A DNA stretch of 64,000 nucleotides from Histomonas meleagridis 2922-C6/04-290x (lineage: Eukaryota > Protista > Parabasalia): positions 124,001 through 188,000 of the forward strand of contig JAANOX010000075.1 of NCBI GenBank assembly GCA_020184695.1, read 5' to 3'. The notes under the pieces are model-generated. The model had not been told where the DNA came from and made no database searches. It was given only the letters and a program-made list of their open reading frames with translations. Numbering within the stretch: position 1 is the stretch's first letter; each line of letters starts with the position of its first letter. A program made the position numbers and the translations under genes. Shown piece after piece: positions 35,475-46,707 of this stretch.

Positions 35475-37832
35475 ATGACTTTATTCGATAAAAACGGTTA
35501 TGTTCTCAATTGCCTGAACGTAAAACCATATGACCGTTTGAGTGCCCTTCAGATGAAAGAAATCAAAAAGGATGATTTTAGCGAACTTGAAGCACTCATT
35601 TCATCCAGTGAAAATGTTGCAAACATCTTAAGAAATAAATCTGTAAGAAGTGCATTTCGGAAGCAAAATAATAAATTAAATCAATTTTTATTTCAGCATA
35701 TTACAGAAATACTAGATATAGCATTGGGGGATCCGGAAGACATAGATATTGAAGCTAGAGATACTGCCGTTTTTTTGTTTACAACGCAATCTCCATCATT
35801 TTCCTCGCAATTAACAACAAACCAAACTTTTCTTCAAGAATTTAATAGTTACCTTGCATCAGAAAAAGAAATGAAACTGGTTGTAGTCAATACTTTTTGT
35901 GCGATTTTTCACTTTCTAATTAAAATTACAAGTGGAATAATCCTATCATCCTATCCAGAGAAAGACCAACTTCTTCCACGGCTAGGGAAATATATTTCCT
36001 ACATATCCATGTTTGATTTCTTTAATTATTTAACACAATGTACATATAAAGAAACTATAAATTTCCTCATTGCTTCGAAGGCACCGTATTTCTTTATTAA
36101 AAATTCAGCATTAAATGACAGATACTTCATATTTTTATCGAACATTGTATTATCTGCTAAAAAAGGTTCCCCTTTATTAGCTGTCTTTGATGAAGAATCG
36201 ACAATTAAACAGTTATTCGAATACAGCATTGATAACAAATGTTTTCATTCACTTAAACTTTTACTCAATCTTTCCAATTTTTATCGAAAGGAAAATTCCA
36301 TTCCATTATTTGTAGAATTACAGAACAGCTTCAAAGCACTTTGTTATTATGTTACATCTGATACACCTTTTACAGAATCTAAATCTGTATCTGTATCTCT
36401 TATCATAAAACATATTAAACGGACTTACACAAACATTACAAAAGAACTCACAAAGCTTACTAAGAAATTATTTACCCAGGTTACCAACAATCCAAGCAAT
36501 TCTTTTTTGCATTTATCATTTTTTCGTTTATTCAAAACGGTTTTTTCAATTGACCCATCAATTGCCGATAGAATTCAAATCAGAGAAAAGATTACAAAAC
36601 TTTACTCAAAACGATACACACTCATTGCCACTTTTTGGGGTGTCCTTTACGAAATTGAAAAAGTTATCCACCAACATGAGAATTCGCTTCCATCTTTACC
36701 AAAACATGAAAAATTTTATGAAGAAACAATTTCACCTTTAGAATCTATTATTAATACTCCATATGGAGGAGAATTACCCGAATTATCAGAATCTGAATAT
36801 TCTGAAAGTAATGATTACGATTATGAATATGAATATATTAATGAAGAGGAGGATGAAGAAGAGGAAGAGGAGGAAGAAGAAATTGATGACGATGATGATG
36901 ATGAAGAAAAGCCATTTCATTGGACATTTGCATCATTAATTCCTCATAACAACATTACCACGCCTTTAGATGTATCTTTAATACTCACATTACATCGAAA
37001 TAAGCAAGTCCAGCTCGTCTGCTTCTCTCAAGACGGTCAGTTGCTTGCATTGGTGTTCGACGGTTGGCTTGAATTAATTCAATTGTCTGACCAAACGACA
37101 CGATTCAATATGATTCTGAGCATGCCGGTTATAACGATACGTTTTTCACATGACAATTCACACTTAATATGTTGTTATCAATCTAAGATCTCATTTTTCA
37201 AGGCCATTAATGGTTCATTAGATCATACGCATCAAATTAAGAAGTGTAATACTATTTCCTTTTCGAATGATGTCAAATTTCTATCGATCAATTTTGGAGG
37301 AACTACATCTATCTATAAGTTGCCTATATTTCTTAAACTTATTTCGTTTAAAAATGATAAGTCTAATGCTACATGCACCACATTTTCATTAGACAACAAA
37401 TATATTGCGACAGGTTATGAGAATGGTACAGTATATTTATATGACATTAACAACAAGTTCTGTCTCAAGAAAATACAGCTACATGAGTTCGAGATCAAGT
37501 CGATTATATTCATTAAGAATCGACTATTTACGATATCCAATGAAAGTGTCCTAAAAAGTTATTCGATAAAAGAAAACAAGCAAAAAATGTTACGCGGGCA
37601 CACTGCAAACATCGTCGCAATCGATATGAAAAACGATGTAATTATATCCGGTTCGAAAGATAATACTGTAAACTTGACATCGATAAAGGACGGGAAGATG
37701 GAGTACTCGCTCGAGGCGCACCAGATGCCAATAGTCGACGTAGCGTTCAGTAAAGGGAACGAATTAGTGTTCGCGTCGGCGGCATACGACTACACAGTGA
37801 AAATATGGAAAATTATCAAGACAAGAAACTGA
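35475..37832 (+). CDS. SAPS/PP6R-like helical domain, acidic linker and WD40 propeller
   Basis: LEALISSSENVANIL..AFRKQNNKLNQFL is SAPS-like; E/D run at about 36840-36905; WD repeats LRGHTANIVAID and LEAHQMPIVDVAFS..TVKIWK. Confidence 0.65.
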   Translation: MTLFDKNGYVLNCLNVKPYDRLSALQMKEIKKDDFSELEALISSSENVANILRNKSVRSAFRKQNNKLNQFLFQHITEILDIALGDPEDIDIEARDTAVFLFTTQSPSFSSQLTTNQTFLQEFNSYLASEKEMKLVVVNTFCAIFHFLIKITSGIILSSYPEKDQLLPRLGKYISYISMFDFFNYLTQCTYKETINFLIASKAPYFFIKNSALNDRYFIFLSNIVLSAKKGSPLLAVFDEESTIKQLFEYSIDNKCFHSLKLLLNLSNFYRKENSIPLFVELQNSFKALCYYVTSDTPFTESKSVSVSLIIKHIKRTYTNITKELTKLTKKLFTQVTNNPSNSFLHLSFFRLFKTVFSIDPSIADRIQIREKITKLYSKRYTLIATFWGVLYEIEKVIHQHENSLPSLPKHEKFYEETISPLESIINTPYGGELPELSESEYSESNDYDYEYEYINEEEDEEEEEEEEEIDDDDDDEEKPFHWTFASLIPHNNITTPLDVSLILTLHRNKQVQLVCFSQDGQLLALVFDGWLELIQLSDQTTRFNMILSMPVITIRFSHDNSHLICCYQSKISFFKAINGSLDHTHQIKKCNTISFSNDVKFLSINFGGTTSIYKLPIFLKLISFKNDKSNATCTTFSLDNKYIATGYENGTVYLYDINNKFCLKKIQLHEFEIKSIIFIKNRLFTISNESVLKSYSIKENKQKMLRGHTANIVAIDMKNDVIISGSKDNTVNLTSIKDGKMEYSLEAHQMPIVDVAFSKGNELVFASAAYDYTVKIWKIIKTRN

Positions 37833-38146
37833 GGAAATGGATTCGTGTTAATAAATAGAACTTTCTTAAATATAATAAATGTTGTGTTGAAGTGATGTGA
37901 AGAGATAAATGATAAAGGCGGATAAGATGAAAATGGAAAGTATAATCTTTTTGTGTAGTTGGATCAATATTAATGTTATCGAAGTGTTATGTGAGATATC
38001 GTTCTAATGTGAAAATTATTGATATCAGAAAGAAATGATTATAAAAATCCTTAAACGAAATTTTCATTAACATTAAATATAAATGTAACACCAAATCGCA
38101 ATATGATAATAAATTAATTCAAAAGAAAAGTGAGTCAATTAATTTT

Positions 38147-38793
38147 TTAGTAACCAACTGTGAAACGTTTGCCGATGTAATTACCATTTGCGATTTCATC
38201 AATCATTGCAACTGCATAATCAGAATTACTGATTTTACTTTCACCTTTATCATTAAATATCGTTTCGTCACCACTTAATCTAAATTTCCCCTTGTTTTTC
38301 GCCTGGATAAATTTCCATTGAAGGACATAACACTGTTCCTGAAATATCTTTTTGCTCTAAAACAAGTGAAAGAAGTTTCGCAGTCGCATTTGCTAATGGC
38401 ATATATTCAGGTGGGAAACCTGCTGCGTCCATGTTTCTAACTCCATTCGTGATAAGTGTTCCTGCACCTCCAACTGCAAGAAGACGACGTGCTCCAACTT
38501 TTTTGGATGCTTCAATGATATTCTTTGTCGCGTTGACTTGAAGCTCTTCCATTTTTTCGAATGTTGAATCCTTTGGCGGACAATATGCATGAATAACAAT
38601 TTCAACACCTTTTAATGCTTCTTCAAGTTTTTGTAAATCAAAAATATCGACTGAAATATGAGAACATTTTTTTTTTGGCATAACTTTTTGGTGGATTTCT
38701 GCTGATAGCAATTGTATCATAACCTCTTGAAACAGATTCTTCGAATATTTTAGCACCAATGAAACCAGTAGCACCAATAACAGCAACTTTCAT
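38147..38793 (-). pseudogene. Bacterial-type NAD(P)H-binding Rossmann protein (NADH-flavin reductase-like) with two +1 homopolymer frameshifts
   Basis: MKVAVIGATGFIG, RLLAVGGAGTL and SKISNSDYAVAMIDEI..KRFTVGY*; frame breaks at the A10 run (38667-76) and the G4 run (38288-91). Confidence 0.8.
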
Positions 38794-38799
38794 AATAAA

Positions 38800-38809
38800 A
38801 ATGAAGTGA
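38800..38809 (-). promoter_or_regulatory. Tandem Inr elements TCACT/TCATT
   Basis: TCACTTCATT ends 6 nt upstream of ATG 38793. Confidence 0.5.
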
Positions 38810-39393
38810 ATTTCTCTTCTTTTTCTTTCAGTTCCTTCAAATTGAATGAATACAGAAAATTGAGTTTGTGAAAATTGCTCGGCTAACGATTTTAAATTGA
38901 TTCAAAATCATTGAATTTACATATAGAATTTTATAACGATAGAAGTGCTAAAGAACGTTTAAATTCTTTGTTCGATTTGCCATGTAACAAATGATGCAAA
39001 TTCTTTGTGACATTGAGTAACCATCTGATTTTTAATGATGCATAGCGTATTATAACGTTTGAATGATATTTTTTATTCCAAATTGGAAATTTCCAATTGT
39101 TTTTGGAGCTCGACAATAGCGATCTTAATTCACTGAATCATGTGGAAATTTGAATGGAATTTTTGTTGATTGAAGTATAAACCACAGAACATTAATATTG
39201 GTGGTGAATGACCAACCAACTCCTGAAAATTGGTCTAAATATTGTTCTTTATTTCAATCTCCCATTTGACTCTAATACATAATTTCTGTCATTAATTTAT
39301 ATAGAGGGAGTCTGAATGAATTCTTCTGTGACTCACTGAAGAGAATGAAAATAAACGGTCGTAATCTAAACAGTAAACGTATTTACCAAAAAA

Positions 39394-40464
39394 ATGAGCG
39401 ATATTTCCGAAAACAGTGAAGATCCACAACATAAATGTTTGATTCTTGCAGAAAAAATTATAGCTTCTTTAGATGACAAGGATTTAGTTCAACGTTATTT
39501 TAATTTAAAAAAGAAAATTTTCGATTCTCAACCTAAAAGCGCACCTGTTTCTCAAGTATATGAACACCGAATAAATGCCGATAAGGCTTATTCATTTTAT
39601 CAATCTCTTTCACAAGAAAATCAAAGATTAAAAGATGAGATTTCCCGTTTGTCATCTCAAACACCAAATTTTTCTGATAGTCCCGACAATGAACCCATTA
39701 TTGAACAACTTCGCCAACTCGAATCCAAGATTCTTCCTACGCATTCAATTCCTCGTTCTGATACAGCTGTTCAAGAATTCGAATCTCTTAAAAAAGTCAT
39801 TGAAGCTAAATTCGATTCACTCAATTTTGTGCGAGACAAACTCCGTACTGAGAACAAAAGGCTTAAATCTGAATATCGCATATTAAGTCGTGAACTTAGC
39901 TCACGAATTGAAGCCGCTAAAGCCAAAGAAGAGTCAGAGCGTTCGAAAATCGAAGCAATGAAAGAATTACTTAACAATGAACTCATCGAATCTCAACGCA
40001 TTCTAGAGAATCTTGTAAGTAAACATCAATCACTCAAAGAAGAAAACACAAATCTCCGAAATAAATATAATGACACAGTTGCACTAGTTGATCGCATACA
40101 GAAAGAATCATCAGATCTTAAAATACAAATCAAACAAATGGAAGAAGAAAGTGATTCACTCTGTGATGAGATAGAAAGCCTAAAAACCCAATTAAGCATC
40201 AAAACCAAGGAATTAAATGCACTACAAGCATTACAAAAATTCGGTGTCAAAGCTGGAAATGACTTTGACATAGCAGAGGAAATACAGAGACTGACAGAAA
40301 GAGCCGAAACGCTGAAAGCTGAAAATGCTCAGATGGAATATGAATTGAAGAGAATTGCAAAACGACAACAGTCATCAATGACAATGATGACAACATCAAC
40401 GGACGCAATAAGCATGGATGAAGATGAACTGGCAGCGCAAATTCTGAAAACAAAATTTCAATGA
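39394..40464 (+). CDS. Coiled-coil protein
   Basis: 356-aa heptad-rich ORF. Confidence 0.75.
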   Translation: MSDISENSEDPQHKCLILAEKIIASLDDKDLVQRYFNLKKKIFDSQPKSAPVSQVYEHRINADKAYSFYQSLSQENQRLKDEISRLSSQTPNFSDSPDNEPIIEQLRQLESKILPTHSIPRSDTAVQEFESLKKVIEAKFDSLNFVRDKLRTENKRLKSEYRILSRELSSRIEAAKAKEESERSKIEAMKELLNNELIESQRILENLVSKHQSLKEENTNLRNKYNDTVALVDRIQKESSDLKIQIKQMEEESDSLCDEIESLKTQLSIKTKELNALQALQKFGVKAGNDFDIAEEIQRLTERAETLKAENAQMEYELKRIAKRQQSSMTMMTTSTDAISMDEDELAAQILKTKFQ

Positions 40465-40857
40465 TATTTATTTTGTGTTTATTTATTATAAAAACTTGTT
40501 TATTAAACTTATTTTTATCACTTTATTTGTAACATTCTGTCATTAGGTAATGATAATAATTATCATAATATTCAAAACTCATTAACCCAAAAGACCTGAT
40601 TAGGTTTGCAGTGTTACAGATTATTATATGAAAAATCATTTTTTATTTGAATGAATTCACCATATTAAACGACATTCTGGATCTATTAGAATAAAAAACA
40701 ACAATTGAATAATTGAATAGAGTTGAAACGATGGTATACAAAATCAGAAGCCGATTGAATAGGAATCAAATATTTCAAATTTCGGATCTTGACAAACTTT
40801 GTCAAAAGATGGGACATTTGATTTGAATGTTAAAAACGGTTATATGCGGCCACTTGG

Positions 40858-41607
40858 ATGAGCAATCCATTCGCAATCCTTTCCGATTACAATGGTGCCG
40901 ACGAAGTACCTCAACGCGAAAAGGTTATCCGTAAAAAGAATAAGCATGAACCAGGATCAGGATATCGCAGCACAATAAAGCGTGAAGGCCGCGGAAGATC
41001 AAATTGGGGCAATGCAATCGATGAAGCAAAGCGCCCTGAACTCACTGAACAGCAAGAAACCGAACAACAAGGAACTGCTGAAAATGCCGAACCAAAGATT
41101 GTTTATGAATCTGCTTTCAAATACTTCGCTTCCGATGATGAAGACGAAACACCAAGAATCAAGCGTGAGGGCAAACGCGTTGTTAAAATCCCAGAACAAT
41201 ATGCTTCAATGGTTGTTGAAAAGAAGACCAAGACAACTGAAGTTAAAACATATAACGAAGTTTCTGAGCCAGAAGTAATCGAAACAGGCTTCTTATCCAC
41301 AGCTGAAGCCCTTAGGCAAAGGCAAAACGCACGCCGTGGTGGCTATAACAATAATCGCAATGGTGGCCGTAGACCAAATCCACAACGTAAACCACAAGGT
41401 GACCGCCCACAAAGGCCAGCTCCACAAAGGAACGCTGCTCCAAAGCCAGCTACTACACCAGCACAAGGTGAAAATACTCAACAAGAAAGGAAACCACGCT
41501 CAAAGCCAAGAGACCAACGCCCAGGCAATGTTCAACACCAACGCCAGGTAGGTTCAGGCAAGAAGCAAAGCAACCTTAGCCTTAATAACTTCCCAAAGCT
41601 TCAATAA
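40858..41607 (+). CDS. HABP4/SERBP1/Stm1-like mRNA/ribosome-binding protein
   Basis: MSNPFAIL start, KREGRGRSNWG motif, RGG-containing R/G/N/P-rich tail and terminal NFPKL. Confidence 0.7.
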   Translation: MSNPFAILSDYNGADEVPQREKVIRKKNKHEPGSGYRSTIKREGRGRSNWGNAIDEAKRPELTEQQETEQQGTAENAEPKIVYESAFKYFASDDEDETPRIKREGKRVVKIPEQYASMVVEKKTKTTEVKTYNEVSEPEVIETGFLSTAEALRQRQNARRGGYNNNRNGGRRPNPQRKPQGDRPQRPAPQRNAAPKPATTPAQGENTQQERKPRSKPRDQRPGNVQHQRQVGSGKKQSNLSLNNFPKLQ

Positions 41608-42128
41608 AGTAAGTTGTACTTGCTTAACGTTCTTATTTCCATTTTTTGACAATTTATGAAACCGTTTTCTCTCAATAATTTGAATATGATATCGTATCAG
41701 CTCAAAACACCAAACTGTGAAAAACGTTTTAGAACTGTAAATTGAGATAAAATGCACGTATCGTTTGGAGTCAAAAACTGGCAGATTTTGATGCACTTTT
41801 TTATCCATATGGGGTGCCTCATCACCCAGAATTGAGAGGACTTTTGATGATGGAACACTTTTTCACAGCTTTTTCATCGTTTTTTTAACCATGAACGATT
41901 TTCCTTCTGGCATTCTTATTAATTCCCATTCTTAAAAAGAAGAAAATTACCACTATTCAGTCTTTCTGTCGTTGTCTTATGTTTTGTTGATTGCTTTTAA
42001 GTTTTGCAGAAATGGCCTTGAAAAAACATGTTTACTGACGTAAAATCTCGAAATCGATTATCGTTCAAATCAACCGGAAATTCAGAGCGTGTAAACCGTC
42101 AAAGTTTGTCGGTTTTTAGAACAAACAG

Positions 42129-43247
42129 ATGGAATACAAAGGCGGTGCCACCACTGCAGAAAGCGATACTGACAGCGGAAAGAAGCTAAAGATTGCAAAC
42201 CTCGTATATGTGATAGTGTTTGCTGTTATTGCAATCCTTGGATTTATTATTTATAATACTGGTGATTCTTGGATTGGAAAGATAATCAATACTAATTATG
42301 AAGAACCTCATGCAATCGGTATATCATGCGTTATCAGAGTCACCACAACACTTGCTCTTTGGTATGCAATTCATTCACTTGTTTGCATTTGCAATCCAAA
42401 TATCGAAAATTCATGGCAATTCAAATTCCACTCTTCTCACTTGTGGGCGCATATAGTTTGCCTTATTATACTTTACGTTCCATTCAATTTTATTCCAGAT
42501 GCTTTTTATGATGTATGGTTTAAGATTTGCTACTTTATCTCAGGCGCATATCTTATTCTTCAAATCATCTTTTTAATTGCATTCTTCCAAGATCTCAACA
42601 GGAAGTTTTTGGATTCAGATAAAATGTGGCCAATCATCACACTTACCATTGTCTTTGGTGTTGGTGCATTAGTAGCATTCGGTGTATCATATTATATCTT
42701 TGTGAAAGAAGGATGTTCTGATAATAATATTTTCATATCAATCAATATGATCCTCTGCATCATCCTCTTCCTAGCCGCAGCCTTCGTTGAACATGGGTCT
42801 ATTTTCACAGCGTCATTAATTTCTGTGTACGTTGCATATCTTACAATTGCTGCAATGATGTGCGAACCAAATTGCAATAGATTATCAAGTGGAAGCCAAG
42901 GAGTTGCATTCTCTGTCATTGCTTCATTGTTTACTCTTATTTGGGGTGCATATTCTGCTTTCTCTACATCTAATCAATTTGATGAATGCAATTGTTGCGC
43001 TAAAGAAGGTGATGAAGAAGGATTCTTCTCACTTAGCTTCTTCCATGCACTCTTTGCCATGGCATCTATTTATGTTACGATGATTGTTACTCATTGGGGT
43101 AAATCAGAAGGAAACAACGCATGGACAACAGATAGAGGAACAATTGCTAAATGGGTCAACTTTGCTGCTTCATGGGTTGTCATTCTTCTCTTTGCTTGGA
43201 CACTCATAGCACCTCTTGTTTGCAAAGACCGTGAGTTTGACTATTAA
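42129..43247 (+). CDS. Serine incorporator (Serinc/TMS) membrane protein
   Basis: About 10 hydrophobic helices; SFFHALFAMASIYVTMIVTHW and GSIFTASLISVYVAYL motifs. Confidence 0.88.
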   Translation: MEYKGGATTAESDTDSGKKLKIANLVYVIVFAVIAILGFIIYNTGDSWIGKIINTNYEEPHAIGISCVIRVTTTLALWYAIHSLVCICNPNIENSWQFKFHSSHLWAHIVCLIILYVPFNFIPDAFYDVWFKICYFISGAYLILQIIFLIAFFQDLNRKFLDSDKMWPIITLTIVFGVGALVAFGVSYYIFVKEGCSDNNIFISINMILCIILFLAAAFVEHGSIFTASLISVYVAYLTIAAMMCEPNCNRLSSGSQGVAFSVIASLFTLIWGAYSAFSTSNQFDECNCCAKEGDEEGFFSLSFFHALFAMASIYVTMIVTHWGKSEGNNAWTTDRGTIAKWVNFAASWVVILLFAWTLIAPLVCKDREFDY

Positions 43248-43361
43248 AATACCATTGATGCATTTTTTGAGTAAAGTATATAAAAAGTATATTTGAGAAA
43301 TCTTTGTGAAAAAATTGAACGTTTTCGTATTGGAATAAACGTTTTCTCAAAAGTTGACCAA

Positions 43362-44627
43362 ATGGTTCTAACTCCAGAATTTACTATTTCTCAAGATGAT
43401 AATTTTATTTATATATCAATAAAGTGCCCTAACGTACGAGCAAAAGAAATGGAATTACTTATTATTGATAATGAATTTCATTTTTCGGCTGATCCTTATT
43501 TATTGGTATTACATTTTCAACACCGTGTTCTGGATAATGAAAATGGTACAGCACAATATAACGTTGAGACAGGATTTTTCACAGCAAAATTAGAAAAAGA
43601 AAATCATGGAGAAGATTTTCCAGAGATTTTATTACTTTCAACATTAAAACCGAAGCCTAATAAATCACCAATGATTCAAGTTCTCGATCGTACGTCAACA
43701 CTTGAATATGTTGATTATGATCCCGATCCCACCAAATATGGTTTTAATTTTTGGGCCTCAAATTATTTTGAAAATGTTCAAGACACTATTCCTTATGTAA
43801 CAGACTTACCATCACCTGATAGTATTCCTTATCCTCGACGTCATGAAATGCGTCTAGAACGAGAACTAGAAGATTTTGATGCAGATCAAATCATGCTTGA
43901 TTATGTTCAACCACCACAATACGACATTACAGAAGCCGATGTTTTTCTCAAAGAGTATACCCCAGAAGAAAACAGGAAACTTCTTCAAATTCCACTTCAA
44001 GAATTTCTTATGTCTCGCGAAACCGCCAAAATCAACTTTTTCAATTGCGTTGATGTTGTTTATTCCACCGTTTATGATGTGACACTTTTTGGCATCGAAG
44101 GAACGTGTGAATCGCATTGGACCATTTCTAAAATCAGTAGCACACTTTCATGGTTTGATATCTTTGAGAGTTCGTCTGATTTAATTTTATCAACACTTAA
44201 ACGTGTTTTAGTATATCCAATGTATCGGAGTTATCACTTTTCGAAGTTATGTTGGGACAAAACTGTTGAAATGTTAAGGAATGGAAGGACTTCATTGTTA
44301 AAATGTTTGCTGCATACAAAAGAAATGCTCGAAAAAGGAGAATTTAGATGGAGACTTAATCGGCTATATATCGATCCAATGATTGTATGGCTCCAAGAAT
44401 TAGATCAAAAGGATTACATCGAGTTCTCAGATGAAGTTTGTAGTGCAGTCGAGAATTTCCCGAAAAAAGAAGATGTTGAGGAGGAATGGTGCATAGACTT
44501 ACTCGAGAAATTGGCAGAGAAACAAAGAGATGAACTAACAAGACAACCAAAAGATGTTGGCGAGTTCGAAGCTATTGGCGAATATGCAAAGAATTTAAAT
44601 GTAAAAGAAGCAAATAAATTGGAATAG
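43362..44627 (+). CDS. SHQ1: H/ACA RNP assembly factor SHQ1
   Basis: MVLTPEFTISQDDNFIYISI CS-domain start, PYLLVLHF, HWTISKISSTLSWFD and LVYPMYRSY; true ATG at 43362. Confidence 0.92.
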   Translation: MVLTPEFTISQDDNFIYISIKCPNVRAKEMELLIIDNEFHFSADPYLLVLHFQHRVLDNENGTAQYNVETGFFTAKLEKENHGEDFPEILLLSTLKPKPNKSPMIQVLDRTSTLEYVDYDPDPTKYGFNFWASNYFENVQDTIPYVTDLPSPDSIPYPRRHEMRLERELEDFDADQIMLDYVQPPQYDITEADVFLKEYTPEENRKLLQIPLQEFLMSRETAKINFFNCVDVVYSTVYDVTLFGIEGTCESHWTISKISSTLSWFDIFESSSDLILSTLKRVLVYPMYRSYHFSKLCWDKTVEMLRNGRTSLLKCLLHTKEMLEKGEFRWRLNRLYIDPMIVWLQELDQKDYIEFSDEVCSAVENFPKKEDVEEEWCIDLLEKLAEKQRDELTRQPKDVGEFEAIGEYAKNLNVKEANKLE

Positions 44628-44711
44628 ATAATATATATATATAAAATATTTTTAAATTATCTTTTTCTTATTGTAAAAAATATTGAGAAGAAAAGAATTC
44701 AAATAAATCGA

Positions 44712-45511
44712 TTAAATAATATTTTTGGAAATGATTTCATCAATTTCATCTGATAGTGCATCAACATACGAATGCATAGAAGGAGTGATGAAAGGAGGCT
44801 TGGGAAGAATCACAAATTCATCTGTTTTCTTTTTTGGTTTTGGCGATTTATGCATCCTCTTTATGTATTCTTTCGCGCCTTTGACATCTGAGAGTTTGCT
44901 TTCGTGATGAGATGCTTGAGTTTTCCTTTCCAAAGAATGTGAACATGATGTGTAAAAATTTTTTGATTTATCAGAAAATGTAGTTGACTGTTTGGTGTTT
45001 GAGAAATACTTGGATGTGATGATTTCTCTTGCTTTTTCTGATGCATTTAAAGTTTTCTTATTAATTTTAGGTTGAGATGATATTAGTTCATCTTCATACA
45101 TTGTTTTATCATTAAAACTTTTACTTGTAGACGGAATAGTAATATCATCTTCAATTGCATCTTTGATTGCAGATCGTAATAATATGTATTCTAATGGTTC
45201 TTTTTTGACTTCATTATTTGCATCAGCAAGTATACCAAGCTTATTACTTTTAGTTGTGGAAGGTGACTTTGCATTTGAAACGTAATAAATTTTTTCATTT
45301 CTTGGTGAAAAATATTGTTTAGCTCGACTTTTATCAATGTCATGTTGGGTCTCCAGAAAGTTGAGTTCTTTTTTGAAGGAAGTTGATTGAAGCGTGTTTT
45401 TTTCCTTTATTTTGTTTGGAGTCGACGATAGATAATTAACGTACAAAACTAAATTAGCTTTTTGAAACACTTACAATTTGGACAATAAAAACATAGGGAA
45501 TACTCTTTCAT
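44712..45511 (-). CDS. Hypothetical S/K-rich protein, two exons (45511-45475 and 45448-44712), about 257 aa
   Basis: ATG 45511 preceded by Inr TCATT (45516-20); removing the 26-nt intron joins MKEYSLCFYCPN in frame to the long ORF. Confidence 0.7.
45449..45474 (-). other. 26-nt spliceosomal intron
   Basis: GTAAGTGTTTCAAAAAGCTAATTTAG: 5' GTAAGT, branch-like GCTAAT, 3' TAG; splicing supplies an ATG to an ORF that otherwise lacks a 5' start. Confidence 0.75.
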
Positions 45512-45678
45512 TATTAATGAATTCATTAATGAGCTAAAAAAGAAAAATTTAATCGGAGAAATTTTAATAATTTTTTTTATTGCTTTGGAATATCGAACTA
45601 CATTACGCTTAAAGGAATTCCTAATGTAGTTCTACAATTTGTGTGCCAATGAAAAAATGTCATGTATGAAATAACTAT

Positions 45679-46281
45679 TTAACCACAGCATCCTTCATTT
45701 TTCTGTTCGTTTTCTTGTTTCTCGATTGAAACAGTTTCTCTGATGAATGCTTTATCAGAGGATGCAGGCATCCCTTTCAGAGCTGTTGCTGCAATGGACG
45801 TAAGTAATGTATTTACACCAGTACCTGTGGCGGCTGATGTTTCTGTGTCGAAAAAAAAGTTTAAGCTTTCCGAAAGTTCATTCATTTGTTCGAATGAAAC
45901 CTCGCGTTTATCTGCAAGATCAGATTTATTTCCGACTAAAATGAATTTAGCATCTTCTGGTGCTTTTTCTTTTGCTGCATTGTACCAGTCTATAACACCT
46001 TCAAAAGAAACTTTTGAAGAAATATCATAAACAATTAAGATAAAAGCTGCTCTAGAAAAATACATAGGAACAATAGAACGAAATGATTCTTGGCCTGCTG
46101 TGTCCCATATAACAAGTGGGACTTGTTTACCATTTTCATCTATAGTAACGTCAATATTTTTACATGCTCCGCCAATTGTAGGAGAAGTATCTTCGTTAAA
46201 TTCATTAGTTTCAAACCGATTAAACAATGCTGTCTTGCCAACAGATGAATTTCCTATAAGGACAACTTTGGCTCTTTGCAT
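45679..46281 (-). CDS. Rab-family small GTPase
   Basis: GNSSVGKT, WDTAGQE, NKSD and ETSA motifs; C-terminal CCG prenylation site. Confidence 0.95.
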   Translation of the reverse strand: MQRAKVVLIGNSSVGKTALFNRFETNEFNEDTSPTIGGACKNIDVTIDENGKQVPLVIWDTAGQESFRSIVPMYFSRAAFILIVYDISSKVSFEGVIDWYNAAKEKAPEDAKFILVGNKSDLADKREVSFEQMNELSESLNFFFDTETSAATGTGVNTLLTSIAATALKGMPASSDKAFIRETVSIEKQENEQKNEGCCG

Positions 46282-46450
46282 GGAATTATTCCTGTGTCAA
46301 AAAGCTGTTTATAAAGTAGTCATTTTTTTAAACGGGCGCATTACGTCATATCAGGTCTTCACTTTTTTGCATGATTCTAAACTGGTTCAAAAAAATCGGC
46401 ATGATGATACATTTAAAATTTATAAAATGTCTTCGTAAACTTGTGAAAAT

Positions 46451-46707
46451 TCACAGAGAGATTAATGCCGAAAATTTAATTAAATTTAATTCTTCTGAAA
46501 GAAATTTGTCTTGTTTTAGACGAAGTACTGAGAACCACCGACTTTTGCATTGTTGAGGAATTCTATTATTCATACATTTGGAAATGTTTTTACAATGATG
46601 ACCCATTTGTCGAATTAATTGATACAATTGCTCGTCTTCTTCATTTGTCCATGGTTGGAATGATCTTGGATAAGCATTGTATTTGTAATCATTAGCAAGA
46701 TCTAAAA
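46451..46707 (-). pseudogene. 5'-truncated single Myb-repeat fragment
   Basis: PWTNEEDEQLYQLIRQMGHHCKNISKCMNNRIPQQCKSRW; joined directly to transposase sequence. Confidence 0.75.

Noticed and set aside
36840-36905. GAA/GAT trinucleotide run
   Set aside because: Simply encodes the acidic linker of the SAPS-like/WD40 protein
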